A DNA stretch of 24,086 bases from a virus (Duplodnaviria > Caudoviricetes): IMG/VR virus record IMGVR_UViG_3300026187_000089, positions 1-24,086 of that record. One strand, given 5' to 3'. The notes under the pieces are model-generated. The model saw nothing but the letters and a program-made list of their open reading frames with translations, did no database searches and was not told the DNA's origin. The position numbers and the translations under genes are program-made. Positions 15,450-22,826 of this stretch are shown piece after piece. Positions within the stretch are counted from its first letter, which is position 1. Each line of letters starts with the position of its first letter.

Positions 15450-16127
15450 TTACTCTCCGTAAGTTGACGTTTTTTCTAGTGCAATGAAGTATTCAATATC
15501 AGACTGCTTGCTCTTGAATTGAGAAATCAAACGAGATGAAATACCTACATCAAAGTCTTCATTCACAATCTTGAGATTGTTCACATTCAGAACGAAGTTG
15601 AAATTAACACCTTCCTCATATGAACCATCTACATCCACCGAGAACACATTAGAGGTTGCATCTTTGCTATCAAGCACAGAGAGGCAGACAGCACCATTTG
15701 CTGGAGTGATAGAAATCTCACTGTGCCCTAGGGCAGCAGCAGCACTCTTCAGCGAACTCAGTGTACGAGTATCTAGCACGAAGTTAACTTCGCACTCAGG
15801 CATTACGATGTCTTTGCTAGGGGAGGTCAGCATTTCAGGGTCAGAGAAGAAATACTTGACCTTAGAACGACCCGTTGCATCACCCACGACAACATAATCC
15901 TTATCAAACTTCAGATTGGGACGATCAACCAGATTGAGTACATTGAGAAACTCATTAAGATCATAGATACCAAACCCAGACGGAAACTCTTCATCAAGAG
16001 TCGTCTTAGAAAAAACAGTCCGAGCCACAGAGACTGTCTTCAGTTCTTTACCCTGAGAGATCACAATGTTAGGGTTGATTGCTGCATAGTTCTTGAGAAC
16101 TTGCATAGTACGATCAGATAATTCCAT
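15450..16127 (-). CDS. 45: gp45 sliding clamp
   Basis: MELS..T..VLKNYA.IN.NI, FGIYDLNEFL and C-terminal YFIALE. Confidence 0.96.
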   Translation of the reverse strand: MELSDRTMQVLKNYAAINPNIVISQGKELKTVSVARTVFSKTTLDEEFPSGFGIYDLNEFLNVLNLVDRPNLKFDKDYVVVGDATGRSKVKYFFSDPEMLTSPSKDIVMPECEVNFVLDTRTLSSLKSAAAALGHSEISITPANGAVCLSVLDSKDATSNVFSVDVDGSYEEGVNFNFVLNVNNLKIVNEDFDVGISSRLISQFKSKQSDIEYFIALEKTSTYGE

Positions 16128-16155
16128 GACGAATCCTCACTTAATTGATACACGA

Positions 16156-16184
16156 ATTATACTACAGTCAAAACAGAATGTCAA
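16156..16184 (-). promoter_or_regulatory. Consensus sigma70 promoter for gp45
   Basis: TTGACA (16184-16179, overlapping the gp46 TGA), 17 nt, TATAAT (16161-16156). Confidence 0.88.
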
Positions 16185-17902
16185 GCGGCTTTCATCTTAG
16201 AAAAGTTCTTTTCTTTCACAAACTGAATCTTCTTCTGAAACGCAGCATCTTCCAATTCAGATTTGTGAGAGATGACAAAGATATTGGAGTCTTCACCAAG
16301 AGAGTGAAGAATCTTCATCAGGTTATCAACACCGTCATCATCTAGAGAAGAGTCAAAGGTCTCATCTAGAATCAGTAGGTTGGTTGCTACACTGTTCTTC
16401 ATCTTAGCCACTTGACGCCAAGTGAAGAGTAGAGCGAGGTCAATACGCTGCTTCTCTCCTTCAGAGAAAGAGTCGTAGGAGAAACTGTCACGATGTCGAG
16501 AGCGAATCGTTTCTGTGAAAGACTCGTCTAGGTCAAAGTGAACAAAGAAATCTAGAATCTGCAGATACTGGTTAGTCAGATTGTTGATCACAGGCAGATA
16601 CTGCTTAATGATCTTCGTCTTGATACCAGTGTCTTTCAGTAGTTCAGAACACACCTGCTGATATGAGAAGTCCTCGTGCAGTTTGTACTTCACATCTTGC
16701 AGTTCATGAATCTGCTGGTTCAGTTCTTCTAGCTGCTTATTCGCCTCTTCTAGACTATCATTATTTGTGATAAGATCATTGATCTCTTCTTGTATCTGAG
16801 CAATGTTTTTCTGCAAACGAGAAATGGTATGGTTATTACTATTGATAGTGTTTTGCCATTCACGAATCCTATCCATCTGACTGTTGAGAGCAGACTCATC
16901 ATTACCAAGCTTTTCCAACTGCTCTCGTGCCTTAGACATTGCTTCAGCAAGTTCCTTTGCCTTTACCTTACCCTCAGTTGTCCTTTTATCTCTTGTCTCC
17001 GCATCAATTTCCTGTCCGCAGGTGGGACAATCATCATTCTCCGAGAAGAACTTAATTTCTTTTGCAATGGTTTTTGCTTTTGTCTTGAACGAGGTATCAA
17101 AATCAACCAGCTGCGAAAGTTGGGTTCTTGTTTTTGTAAGACTAGTTTCCGTGGACGGTAGGATATCGCTAATCTGTAAAGATAAATTGAAGTTCTGCGA
17201 TTGGATCGTATTAATCTCTTCTTGTGCTGCGGAGATAGAATCCTCTTTCTCTTTACGATATGCCGAGTTAATTGCGGTAAGGTCACGAAGATACTTTTTC
17301 TGAGCATTAATCTTCGTCTTAACGATTTCGGTGGAATGAGCATTTTGTCGAATATCCTCCTTGAGTACCGCAATCTTCTCTTTGAGAATCTGATTCATCT
17401 TAGAAAACATATTGATGTCAAGTAGGTCTTCAATCACCTCACGCCGTGCTTGAGCAGGCAACTGCATAAAGGGCACAAAAGAAGACGAACCCAAGACTAC
17501 AATTTGATGAAAAGATTTATGGTTCAGTTTGATGATGTTCTTCTCAAGAACAGACTGGTACTCTTTGTTATGCGAGTCTTGATTGAGCATGTTACCATTG
17601 ACCCAAATCTCAAATTTATTGGGCTTCATGCCACGAACAATCTTGTACTTGCTGCTACCAATAGAGAATTCTACCTCGACCAGCAGACCCTTGTTATTGA
17701 TAGAGTTTACTAGCTGAGGCTTAGAAATCTTGCGATGAGACTTACCGAACAGAGCAAACGACAAAGCGTCCAGCAAGGTAGACTTGCCAGAGCCATTGTG
17801 CCCTACGATAAGGGTAGTGGGAGATTCTTGAAAATCAATCTCAGTAAAGTTGTTACCGGTGGACAGAAAATTCTTCCACCGGAGTTTCTGAAATTTAATC
17901 AT
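16181..17902 (-). CDS. 46: gp46 Rad50/SbcC-like recombination ATPase
   Basis: GHNGSGKST Walker A, coiled coil with a CPTC zinc hook, FSEGEKQRID signature, LILDETFDSSLD Walker B/D-loop and ISH. Confidence 0.97.
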   Translation of the reverse strand: MIKFQKLRWKNFLSTGNNFTEIDFQESPTTLIVGHNGSGKSTLLDALSFALFGKSHRKISKPQLVNSINNKGLLVEVEFSIGSSKYKIVRGMKPNKFEIWVNGNMLNQDSHNKEYQSVLEKNIIKLNHKSFHQIVVLGSSSFVPFMQLPAQARREVIEDLLDINMFSKMNQILKEKIAVLKEDIRQNAHSTEIVKTKINAQKKYLRDLTAINSAYRKEKEDSISAAQEEINTIQSQNFNLSLQISDILPSTETSLTKTRTQLSQLVDFDTSFKTKAKTIAKEIKFFSENDDCPTCGQEIDAETRDKRTTEGKVKAKELAEAMSKAREQLEKLGNDESALNSQMDRIREWQNTINSNNHTISRLQKNIAQIQEEINDLITNNDSLEEANKQLEELNQQIHELQDVKYKLHEDFSYQQVCSELLKDTGIKTKIIKQYLPVINNLTNQYLQILDFFVHFDLDESFTETIRSRHRDSFSYDSFSEGEKQRIDLALLFTWRQVAKMKNSVATNLLILDETFDSSLDDDGVDNLMKILHSLGEDSNIFVISHKSELEDAAFQKKIQFVKEKNFSKMKAA

Positions 17903-17905
17903 ACT

Positions 17906-18178
17906 CTATGACAATTCCTTGATTCGCCGTTTGGCGTATTTTACCGCAGACTTAAGTTCTGCGACAAGCTGTTGTGCTTCTTCCATATGATAGTCTGCAA
18001 TCTTTTTCGTTTGCGGACTAATAAATGAATCGAGAATATCATCAATCAAAACGTTTAGATGCACACCCCCTTCAACAACTGGTTCGCAAGAACGTTCTCC
18101 CATATAGAGATGCAGATTAACCTTTCCATTTGATTCAATAGAAATGCTAGCATCAAAATCAATTTTACCTTCTATCAT
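17906..18178 (-). CDS. Hypothetical protein
   Basis: Co-oriented and tightly packed. ATG 18178 preferred over TTG 18184. Confidence 0.7.
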   Translation of the reverse strand: MIEGKIDFDASISIESNGKVNLHLYMGERSCEPVVEGGVHLNVLIDDILDSFISPQTKKIADYHMEEAQQLVAELKSAVKYAKRRIKELS

Positions 18179-18497
18179 AATCAAACCACTCCATATTCAT
18201 CCAATCAGTATCTTCTGGCATCATTTCAACACCAAAGTTTTCATTCAGTTTATTATACACTGAAGCACTAGCCATTGTCAAGCGATAGGCATCTTTGGGG
18301 CAAACATAACAACTGCCGCTATACCCCCAGAACTCTAAGAAATTACCGTTTTCCGTTACTTTGGTAATACCGCTATTCATGCGCCAACTATCGCCCTGCG
18401 TATATCCCCCGCTCAATCCGGCGAGCAGTTTGTAGATGGTGTTGCCTTGGTATTCTATTTTGAGAACAACCCAACTATCGGGGTAGTAGTCGCTCAT
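18165..18497 (-). CDS. Hypothetical phage protein (110 aa)
   Basis: Tightly packed ORF containing YKLLAG.SGGY..GDSWRMNSGI...GYSGS.Y.C. Confidence 0.75.
   Translation of the reverse strand: MSDYYPDSWVVLKIEYQGNTIYKLLAGLSGGYTQGDSWRMNSGITKVTENGNFLEFWGYSGSCYVCPKDAYRLTMASASVYNKLNENFGVEMMPEDTDWMNMEWFDYDRR
18252..18281 (-). promoter_or_regulatory. sigma70 promoter inside the 110-aa ORF, upstream of gp46
   Basis: TTGACA (18281-18276), 18 nt, TATAAT (18257-18252). Confidence 0.65.
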
Positions 18498-18693
18498 AAT
18501 CTATTTTCTCTAGAGGTTCAAAACTCTCATCAATATACATCATTTCAAACTGCGAAGGATAGTGCTTAAGCAAACGACTTGCCTCTTCTCGAACTGCCTT
18601 AGGTACACGAGGATACTTCTTAGGGTTTCGCAAGTCAAGCAGAAAGCGTTCGACTCGCAACACTGCTTGCGTTCTTTCAATCGGCATTGTCAT
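18475..18693 (-). CDS. Hypothetical protein (72 aa)
   Basis: Start re-called to MTMPIERT at 18693 behind GGTGG. Contains PRVPKAVREEA..LLKHYP. Confidence 0.7.
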   Translation of the reverse strand: MTMPIERTQAVLRVERFLLDLRNPKKYPRVPKAVREEASRLLKHYPSQFEMMYIDESFEPLEKIDYERLLPR

Positions 18694-18964
18694 TTTTCCA
18701 CCACCTAATCTTTTTGCCATACTCGTATTCAAACATATAAACAAGTTCATCGTACGATAATTTCTCTGGTGTTGTTAAATCCCAAAGAAAATCACTCAAA
18801 GCGTTCCAATCTTCAGTGTGCATAATAGGAAGTCCATACTCTATAGGATAATCCTCACCAGGCACGCCGTAAATGTCGATGCGTCCAGCACTCCAACAAT
18901 CACCGTGTTCTTCGATCCATTGTTGGTTAATTGGACCCATCCAGTTTGTACTATAATTTACCAT
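18677..18964 (-). CDS. Hypothetical protein (95 aa)
   Basis: ATG immediately after the upstream stop, with GGAG in the upstream gene end. Confidence 0.7.
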   Translation of the reverse strand: MVNYSTNWMGPINQQWIEEHGDCWSAGRIDIYGVPGEDYPIEYGLPIMHTEDWNALSDFLWDLTTPEKLSYDELVYMFEYEYGKKIRWWKNDNAD

Positions 18965-19318
18965 TCACCACTCCGGTGCTGAATAAGGTCTACTCATTGT
19001 ATAGATTGCCATGCCATCTAATCCATAAGCAGGACAGACTAGAATATGCTGGGGTAGTCCCATAGCATCTTTCTTCCCTAATTCGCCACAGATAAAAAAC
19101 GTACCCGTCTCCTCTGCCTTAGCATGAAACCATATCTTTTTGAGTTTTTCAAAGAGTTTATGCTCTTCATCTGTAATAGAAACTTTGCTGTTCAGTGCAT
19201 CATAATGATCAAGTAGATGCTTGAGTTGGCTGGCATCTACTTTAACTGTGGGCAACCCTACCGTCATGCCAGAGTCACGGTATGCATCGTCTAATTGTCG
19301 TCGCAGTTTATCGAACAT
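18965..19318 (-). CDS. Hypothetical protein
   Basis: Tightly packed co-oriented ORF containing FFICGE.G.KD.MGLP..ILVCPAYG.D. Confidence 0.7.
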   Translation of the reverse strand: MFDKLRRQLDDAYRDSGMTVGLPTVKVDASQLKHLLDHYDALNSKVSITDEEHKLFEKLKKIWFHAKAEETGTFFICGELGKKDAMGLPQHILVCPAYGLDGMAIYTMSRPYSAPEW

Positions 19319-19321
19319 CAC

Positions 19322-19768
19322 TCACTCTTCCTTCCACATATGATTATCAATAAACACTTTCAGTGTACGGTCATCATCTTGTAGACCAAACTTGACACGC
19401 TCATCATCTTTGAGATACTTAGTGTATGCTCGTCCTGTGTCGTCAATTACTTCAAAACGATTTACACCTTTCATTGCCTCAAGCTCAAACGCATCGAAAA
19501 GCATGTTGTGCAAGTTAAAATAACCACAATCCATACCACGACCATACATGCCCGGATCAAAGCCAAATACATCATACAGTGCGTAACGATAAGTGCCTTT
19601 GTCCACAGCTTCTGCTTTGTACATACGTTTGATAACAGCATAGAAAGCATCTTCTCGTTCTTCTTCGGTGAGGCCGTTCCACCATGCATCGTTCTTAGCT
19701 TCGTACTCAGCATGTGCTTTCTGTTGTGCTTCACGCAGTTCGTCTAAGCCTTCGATCAATTCTTTCAC
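19322..19768 (-). CDS. Hypothetical protein (148 aa)
   Basis: GTGA-coupled to the upstream ORF, with a GGAG RBS. Confidence 0.75.
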   Translation of the reverse strand: MKELIEGLDELREAQQKAHAEYEAKNDAWWNGLTEEEREDAFYAVIKRMYKAEAVDKGTYRYALYDVFGFDPGMYGRGMDCGYFNLHNMLFDAFELEAMKGVNRFEVIDDTGRAYTKYLKDDERVKFGLQDDDRTLKVFIDNHMWKEE

Positions 19769-19965
19769 CCTTCAACTCCGAAATGTCGTTTAATGCTTCT
19801 AGCCAATTGCTCTTGAGTTGGCGGAACCATCCATCTACCTTCTTGAACAACCTCGGCACATTCCCTAACAATCAACTCGGCGACTTGTTGTAAACGGCTT
19901 AGTTCGGTTTCGGTAAACACATAATCCTTACTATATACTTCTTCGAAGATTTCTAAACGGTTCAT
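19765..19965 (-). CDS. Hypothetical protein (66 aa)
   Basis: Contains AELIVRECA...IKRHFGVE; purine-rich RBS. Confidence 0.7.
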   Translation of the reverse strand: MNRLEIFEEVYSKDYVFTETELSRLQQVAELIVRECAEVVQEGRWMVPPTQEQLARSIKRHFGVEG

Positions 19966-20077
19966 CCTTTTCCCTTTTCCTCAGAAAGGCGACCTAACGC
20001 CTCAATTTGTTTTCGACCAGCTTTACTGCGAGCTAACTCATTTGAGTCTACTGATATTACACCAGTGTCAGAGTCAT
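19962..20077 (-). pseudogene. Frameshifted or truncated small gene remnant
   Basis: GGAGG plus ATG 20077 gives only MTLTLV*. The -1 frame (NDSDTGVISVDSNELARSKAGRKQIEALGRLSEEKGKG*) lacks a start but ends in an ATGA overlap with the next gene. Confidence 0.45.
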
Positions 20078-20361
20078 TGCTCTACCTCCACAAAGAAACT
20101 TTCCTCTTTATAGATCCGCTTCACCGTCAACGGTTGATGTTCGGTTGCGCCCTGAATCTCGTCCCAGTAGATTCGCTCTCCAACTGCGACATAAGGACCG
20201 CCACTCGGATCAAACATGCCCAGATCACGATAGTCAATGCCCTCTTGACCGTCTTTACCGCCGAGACGCATATACTCCATGCCTTCTTCGGACATATCAA
20301 AGCGATACAGGTTATCGCCAACTTTCACAAAACTATATTCTACACCATGTCGATTACGCAT
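20074..20361 (-). CDS. Hypothetical protein (95 aa)
   Basis: Co-oriented ORF, MRNRHG..YSF...MFDPSGGPYV..G. Confidence 0.75.
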   Translation of the reverse strand: MRNRHGVEYSFVKVGDNLYRFDMSEEGMEYMRLGGKDGQEGIDYRDLGMFDPSGGPYVAVGERIYWDEIQGATEHQPLTVKRIYKEESFFVEVEQ

Positions 20362-20394
20362 TATCCAACTCTCACTGTATGTACTGACCCATCA

Positions 20395-20544
20395 CTATAG
20401 ACGTATTGCACTGTCTTCCCGTAGTTCATCACCGACAGGAGGTTTCTTCCTACCGAAGATTCTGTCCCAGTTATCGTCGAACTGCTTTTGGTCTTTGATT
20501 GGTCGGGGTTTGCTTCCTTTTCCGCCATGCCAGTTACTTCCCAT
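20395..20544 (-). CDS. Small basic hypothetical protein (49 aa)
   Basis: Start re-called to MGSNWHGGKGSKPRP...FDDNWDRIFG at 20544. Confidence 0.65.
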   Translation of the reverse strand: MGSNWHGGKGSKPRPIKDQKQFDDNWDRIFGRKKPPVGDELREDSAIRL

Positions 20545-20674
20545 TTTTAGAAATCTCTTCGTAAATCTGAGACAGCATATGCTTGTCGTCAGGTTTGAGA
20601 CTATTATACATCTTTTTAGTTTTCTTGTCAAGCTTGCCACTACGGCGAAGCATCTTTGCTTTTTTACCGTTCAT
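20534..20674 (-). CDS. Small basic hypothetical protein (46 aa)
   Basis: Manual translation MNGKKAKMLRRSGKLDKKTKKMYNSLKPDDKHMLSQIYEEISKNGK. ATGA-coupled to the gp47 stop. Confidence 0.7.
   Translation of the reverse strand: MNGKKAKMLRRSGKLDKKTKKMYNSLKPDDKHMLSQIYEEISKNGK
20603..20631 (-). promoter_or_regulatory. Consensus sigma70 promoter inside the 46-aa ORF
   Basis: TTGACA (20631-20626), 17 nt, TATAAT (20608-20603). Heads the small-ORF cluster. Confidence 0.8.
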
Positions 20675-21735
20675 GCAATCTCCAGTGTCTGAGCCTCGAT
20701 CATGAGGTCAGCAATCTCTTTTTTGATACGATTCTTGTCCAGTTCTGTCTGTACAGCATCAATGTAATTATACATCAACTGATCGGTATCTTCAACAGAA
20801 ATCTCTTCGGTATCAACATTATCACCAAGAAACTCTTTGAAGTCCTCGGCAATCTTCAGTTCATGAATCTTCTGGGCTTGAATACGATCAATGAATCGCT
20901 CAAAGTCATAATGGTCACCCTTGTTGACCACAACCAGCTTAACAAACTTATTGTCAAGATAGCGCATGTCTTTGAACTTGAAGTTGCCCATCTTCTCGTG
21001 GTCGTAGTAAATCTTCTCATAGATTGTCAAGGGATTGTGAACAGCGGTCAGTTCCCGAGTCTCAGTGTCTAGAACATGAAAATACTTTTTATCATTACAA
21101 TCATTCCAGAAGAATTCCATCTGCGAGCCAAGATAGTGAATATTGCCCTTTGACGACTTGGTATGGAAGTGACCAGACAGAACCATCTCAAAGCGATTGA
21201 AAAGCTCAGGATTCATCCCATCAATACAAGGCATGCCAAGATGCATATCAAACCCAGCTAGTTCTAGGTGTGCACCGATGATGTCAGCATCACAAGACTT
21301 GATGAAGTTCATGCACTTCTGTTCATTCTCAGCGCAGATCCACGGGACCAGACCAACCTTGAGACCATCGTAGTTCATCACACGAGGCTCTAGAACGAGA
21401 TTAACTTCGTTCATGTAGTGACCTTGAAGCTCTTTCAATGCATTCAGTTCAGTAGTGTTCTTGTAGAACATATCATGGTTACCGATGATAATGTCCATGT
21501 GAATGCCATACTCTCGCAGTTTGTCTAGAAAGACTTTACGATTTAGGTTGAGTGCTTTGAAATTAATCGTCTTGCGGTTATCGTAGTAGTCACCAAGATG
21601 CAAGATGTTGGTGATGTTATTCTCTAAGAGATACGGAAAAAACACTTCTTCATAGAAGCGCTTTTGGTACTCCATAAAGATATCAGAAGAGTTACGGATA
21701 CCCGCATGAGTATCAGAGATAATAGCAATTTTCAT
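20671..21735 (-). CDS. 47: gp47 Mre11/SbcD-like recombination nuclease
   Basis: SDTHAG, HLGDYYD.R, IGNHD, AHLE and SGHFH metallophosphoesterase motifs. Confidence 0.97.
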   Translation of the reverse strand: MKIAIISDTHAGIRNSSDIFMEYQKRFYEEVFFPYLLENNITNILHLGDYYDNRKTINFKALNLNRKVFLDKLREYGIHMDIIIGNHDMFYKNTTELNALKELQGHYMNEVNLVLEPRVMNYDGLKVGLVPWICAENEQKCMNFIKSCDADIIGAHLELAGFDMHLGMPCIDGMNPELFNRFEMVLSGHFHTKSSKGNIHYLGSQMEFFWNDCNDKKYFHVLDTETRELTAVHNPLTIYEKIYYDHEKMGNFKFKDMRYLDNKFVKLVVVNKGDHYDFERFIDRIQAQKIHELKIAEDFKEFLGDNVDTEEISVEDTDQLMYNYIDAVQTELDKNRIKKEIADLMIEAQTLEIA

Positions 21736-21736
21736 A

Positions 21737-22327
21737 TTAGTCTACCAAGAAATCAGAGAGATCAGAATCAGCCTTGACAGTACGCCGGCGGCGCTTTCGT
21801 TCTTCTTTCGCATATTCTTTGAAGTGTTCGTCAGCTTCTTTCACCACATCAATACGATACTTGAGAACTTCAACCAAAGGAACCACATTGCTCCAGTCAG
21901 CATCTTCATCACCAGTCTCAATGTGCTGTTCAATGCCAGCTTCTGCAATATACTTCAAACGAATGTCTTGCTGCTTCTTCTCACGGTTGATGCGACGAAG
22001 AAAAGCATACCAAGAAATTTGAGTGAAGTAAGCAAACGCATTAGGAGTCCCTGTACGAGTCGCTGCTTCTATGTTATAATTCTCAATGGCTTTGAGACAG
22101 TTCTCTACAGCGTCCATCACCATCTCTTCACGATAAGTGTAGCGAACGAAGTTGGACTTATGGGAGAGACCCTCAGCGATCTTGAGAAAGCACTCTGCGA
22201 TATAGTTGGGAACAATAGGAATCTCTCTATTGTTTTTCTTTGCAGCTTGAACCTTCTCGCAGTGCTTAACAACAGCTAGAGAAAACTCTTTGTTGTTTAC
22301 ATAATGTGGTCTGTCTTTTGGTTTCAT
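21737..22327 (-). CDS. 55: gp55 late transcription sigma factor
   Basis: HYVNNKEF, YIAECFLKIAEGLSHKSNF..YTYREEMV.DA.ENC and NAFAYFTQI...AFLRRI..EKKQ. Confidence 0.96.
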   Translation of the reverse strand: MKPKDRPHYVNNKEFSLAVVKHCEKVQAAKKNNREIPIVPNYIAECFLKIAEGLSHKSNFVRYTYREEMVMDAVENCLKAIENYNIEAATRTGTPNAFAYFTQISWYAFLRRINREKKQQDIRLKYIAEAGIEQHIETGDEDADWSNVVPLVEVLKYRIDVVKEADEHFKEYAKEERKRRRRTVKADSDLSDFLVD

Positions 22328-22356
22328 TTCACACTCTCAGTTAATATATGCCAACT

Positions 22357-22385
22357 ATTATAAACTATTTTATAGTTCTTGTCAA
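22357..22385 (-). promoter_or_regulatory. Consensus sigma70 promoter for gp55-47
   Basis: TTGACA (22385-22380), 17 nt, TATAAT (22362-22357). Confidence 0.88.
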
Positions 22386-22390
22386 CACAT

Positions 22391-22419
22391 TTGACAGGAC
22401 ATAATAAATGTGATATAAT
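22391..22419 (+). promoter_or_regulatory. Consensus sigma70 promoter pointing antisense into the uvsW unit
   Basis: TTGACA (22391-22396), 17 nt, TATAAT (22414-22419), with an extended -10 TGn. Confidence 0.8.
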
Positions 22420-22448
22420 CTCTAAGTCTCTTAGGGGGAGGTTGAATA

Positions 22449-22826
22449 TTAATGAATCTTAAATGGGATCACATTAGATGCAGAATCTACATTACCACCA
22501 TAAAACATATCATCGGCCTCTTTGTTAGAGAGGCTCAATTTTTCATCAATATCATTCAACTCAATAATTGCTTTTGCATACTCACGAAGAAGATCCTCTG
22601 TGGGGTGAGCATACGAGACAAGCTTGTCTTGTCTCAGAACGATAAGGTTATCATTGGACTCTTGGTAAACCATAAACACACGGAAAGTATAGAATCTATA
22701 GCCCTGAGGAGCAGCCCTAGAAACGATAGTCACTGCATTCCGAATAACAATCTCCCACTCATCTTCAGACACAACTTCGCAAACTACTTCTTCACCCGTG
22801 ACAAGTTTAATTTGCTTGATGTTCAT
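22449..22826 (-). CDS. Conserved T4-like hypothetical protein between uvsW and 55 (possible Sm-like fold)
   Basis: IKQIKLVTGEEVVCEV N-terminus and NVIPF C-terminus. Overlaps the uvsW stop by 4 nt. Confidence 0.75.
   Translation of the reverse strand: MNIKQIKLVTGEEVVCEVVSEDEWEIVIRNAVTIVSRAAPQGYRFYTFRVFMVYQESNDNLIVLRQDKLVSYAHPTEDLLREYAKAIIELNDIDEKLSLSNKEADDMFYGGNVDSASNVIPFKIH

Noticed and set aside
15149-15487. Plus-strand 112-aa ORF MAHPPGLEPGTYSLEGCCSIQLSYG
   Set aside because: It is the antisense reading of tRNA-Arg and the adjacent gene.
20361-20528. 55-aa alternate-frame ORF (MAEKEANPDQ...HTVRVG) ending in a TAATG overlap with the 95-aa gene
   Set aside because: It overlaps the more protein-like GKGSKPRP ORF almost entirely and is Ser/Thr-rich like an off-frame read. 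It cannot be supported without homologues.
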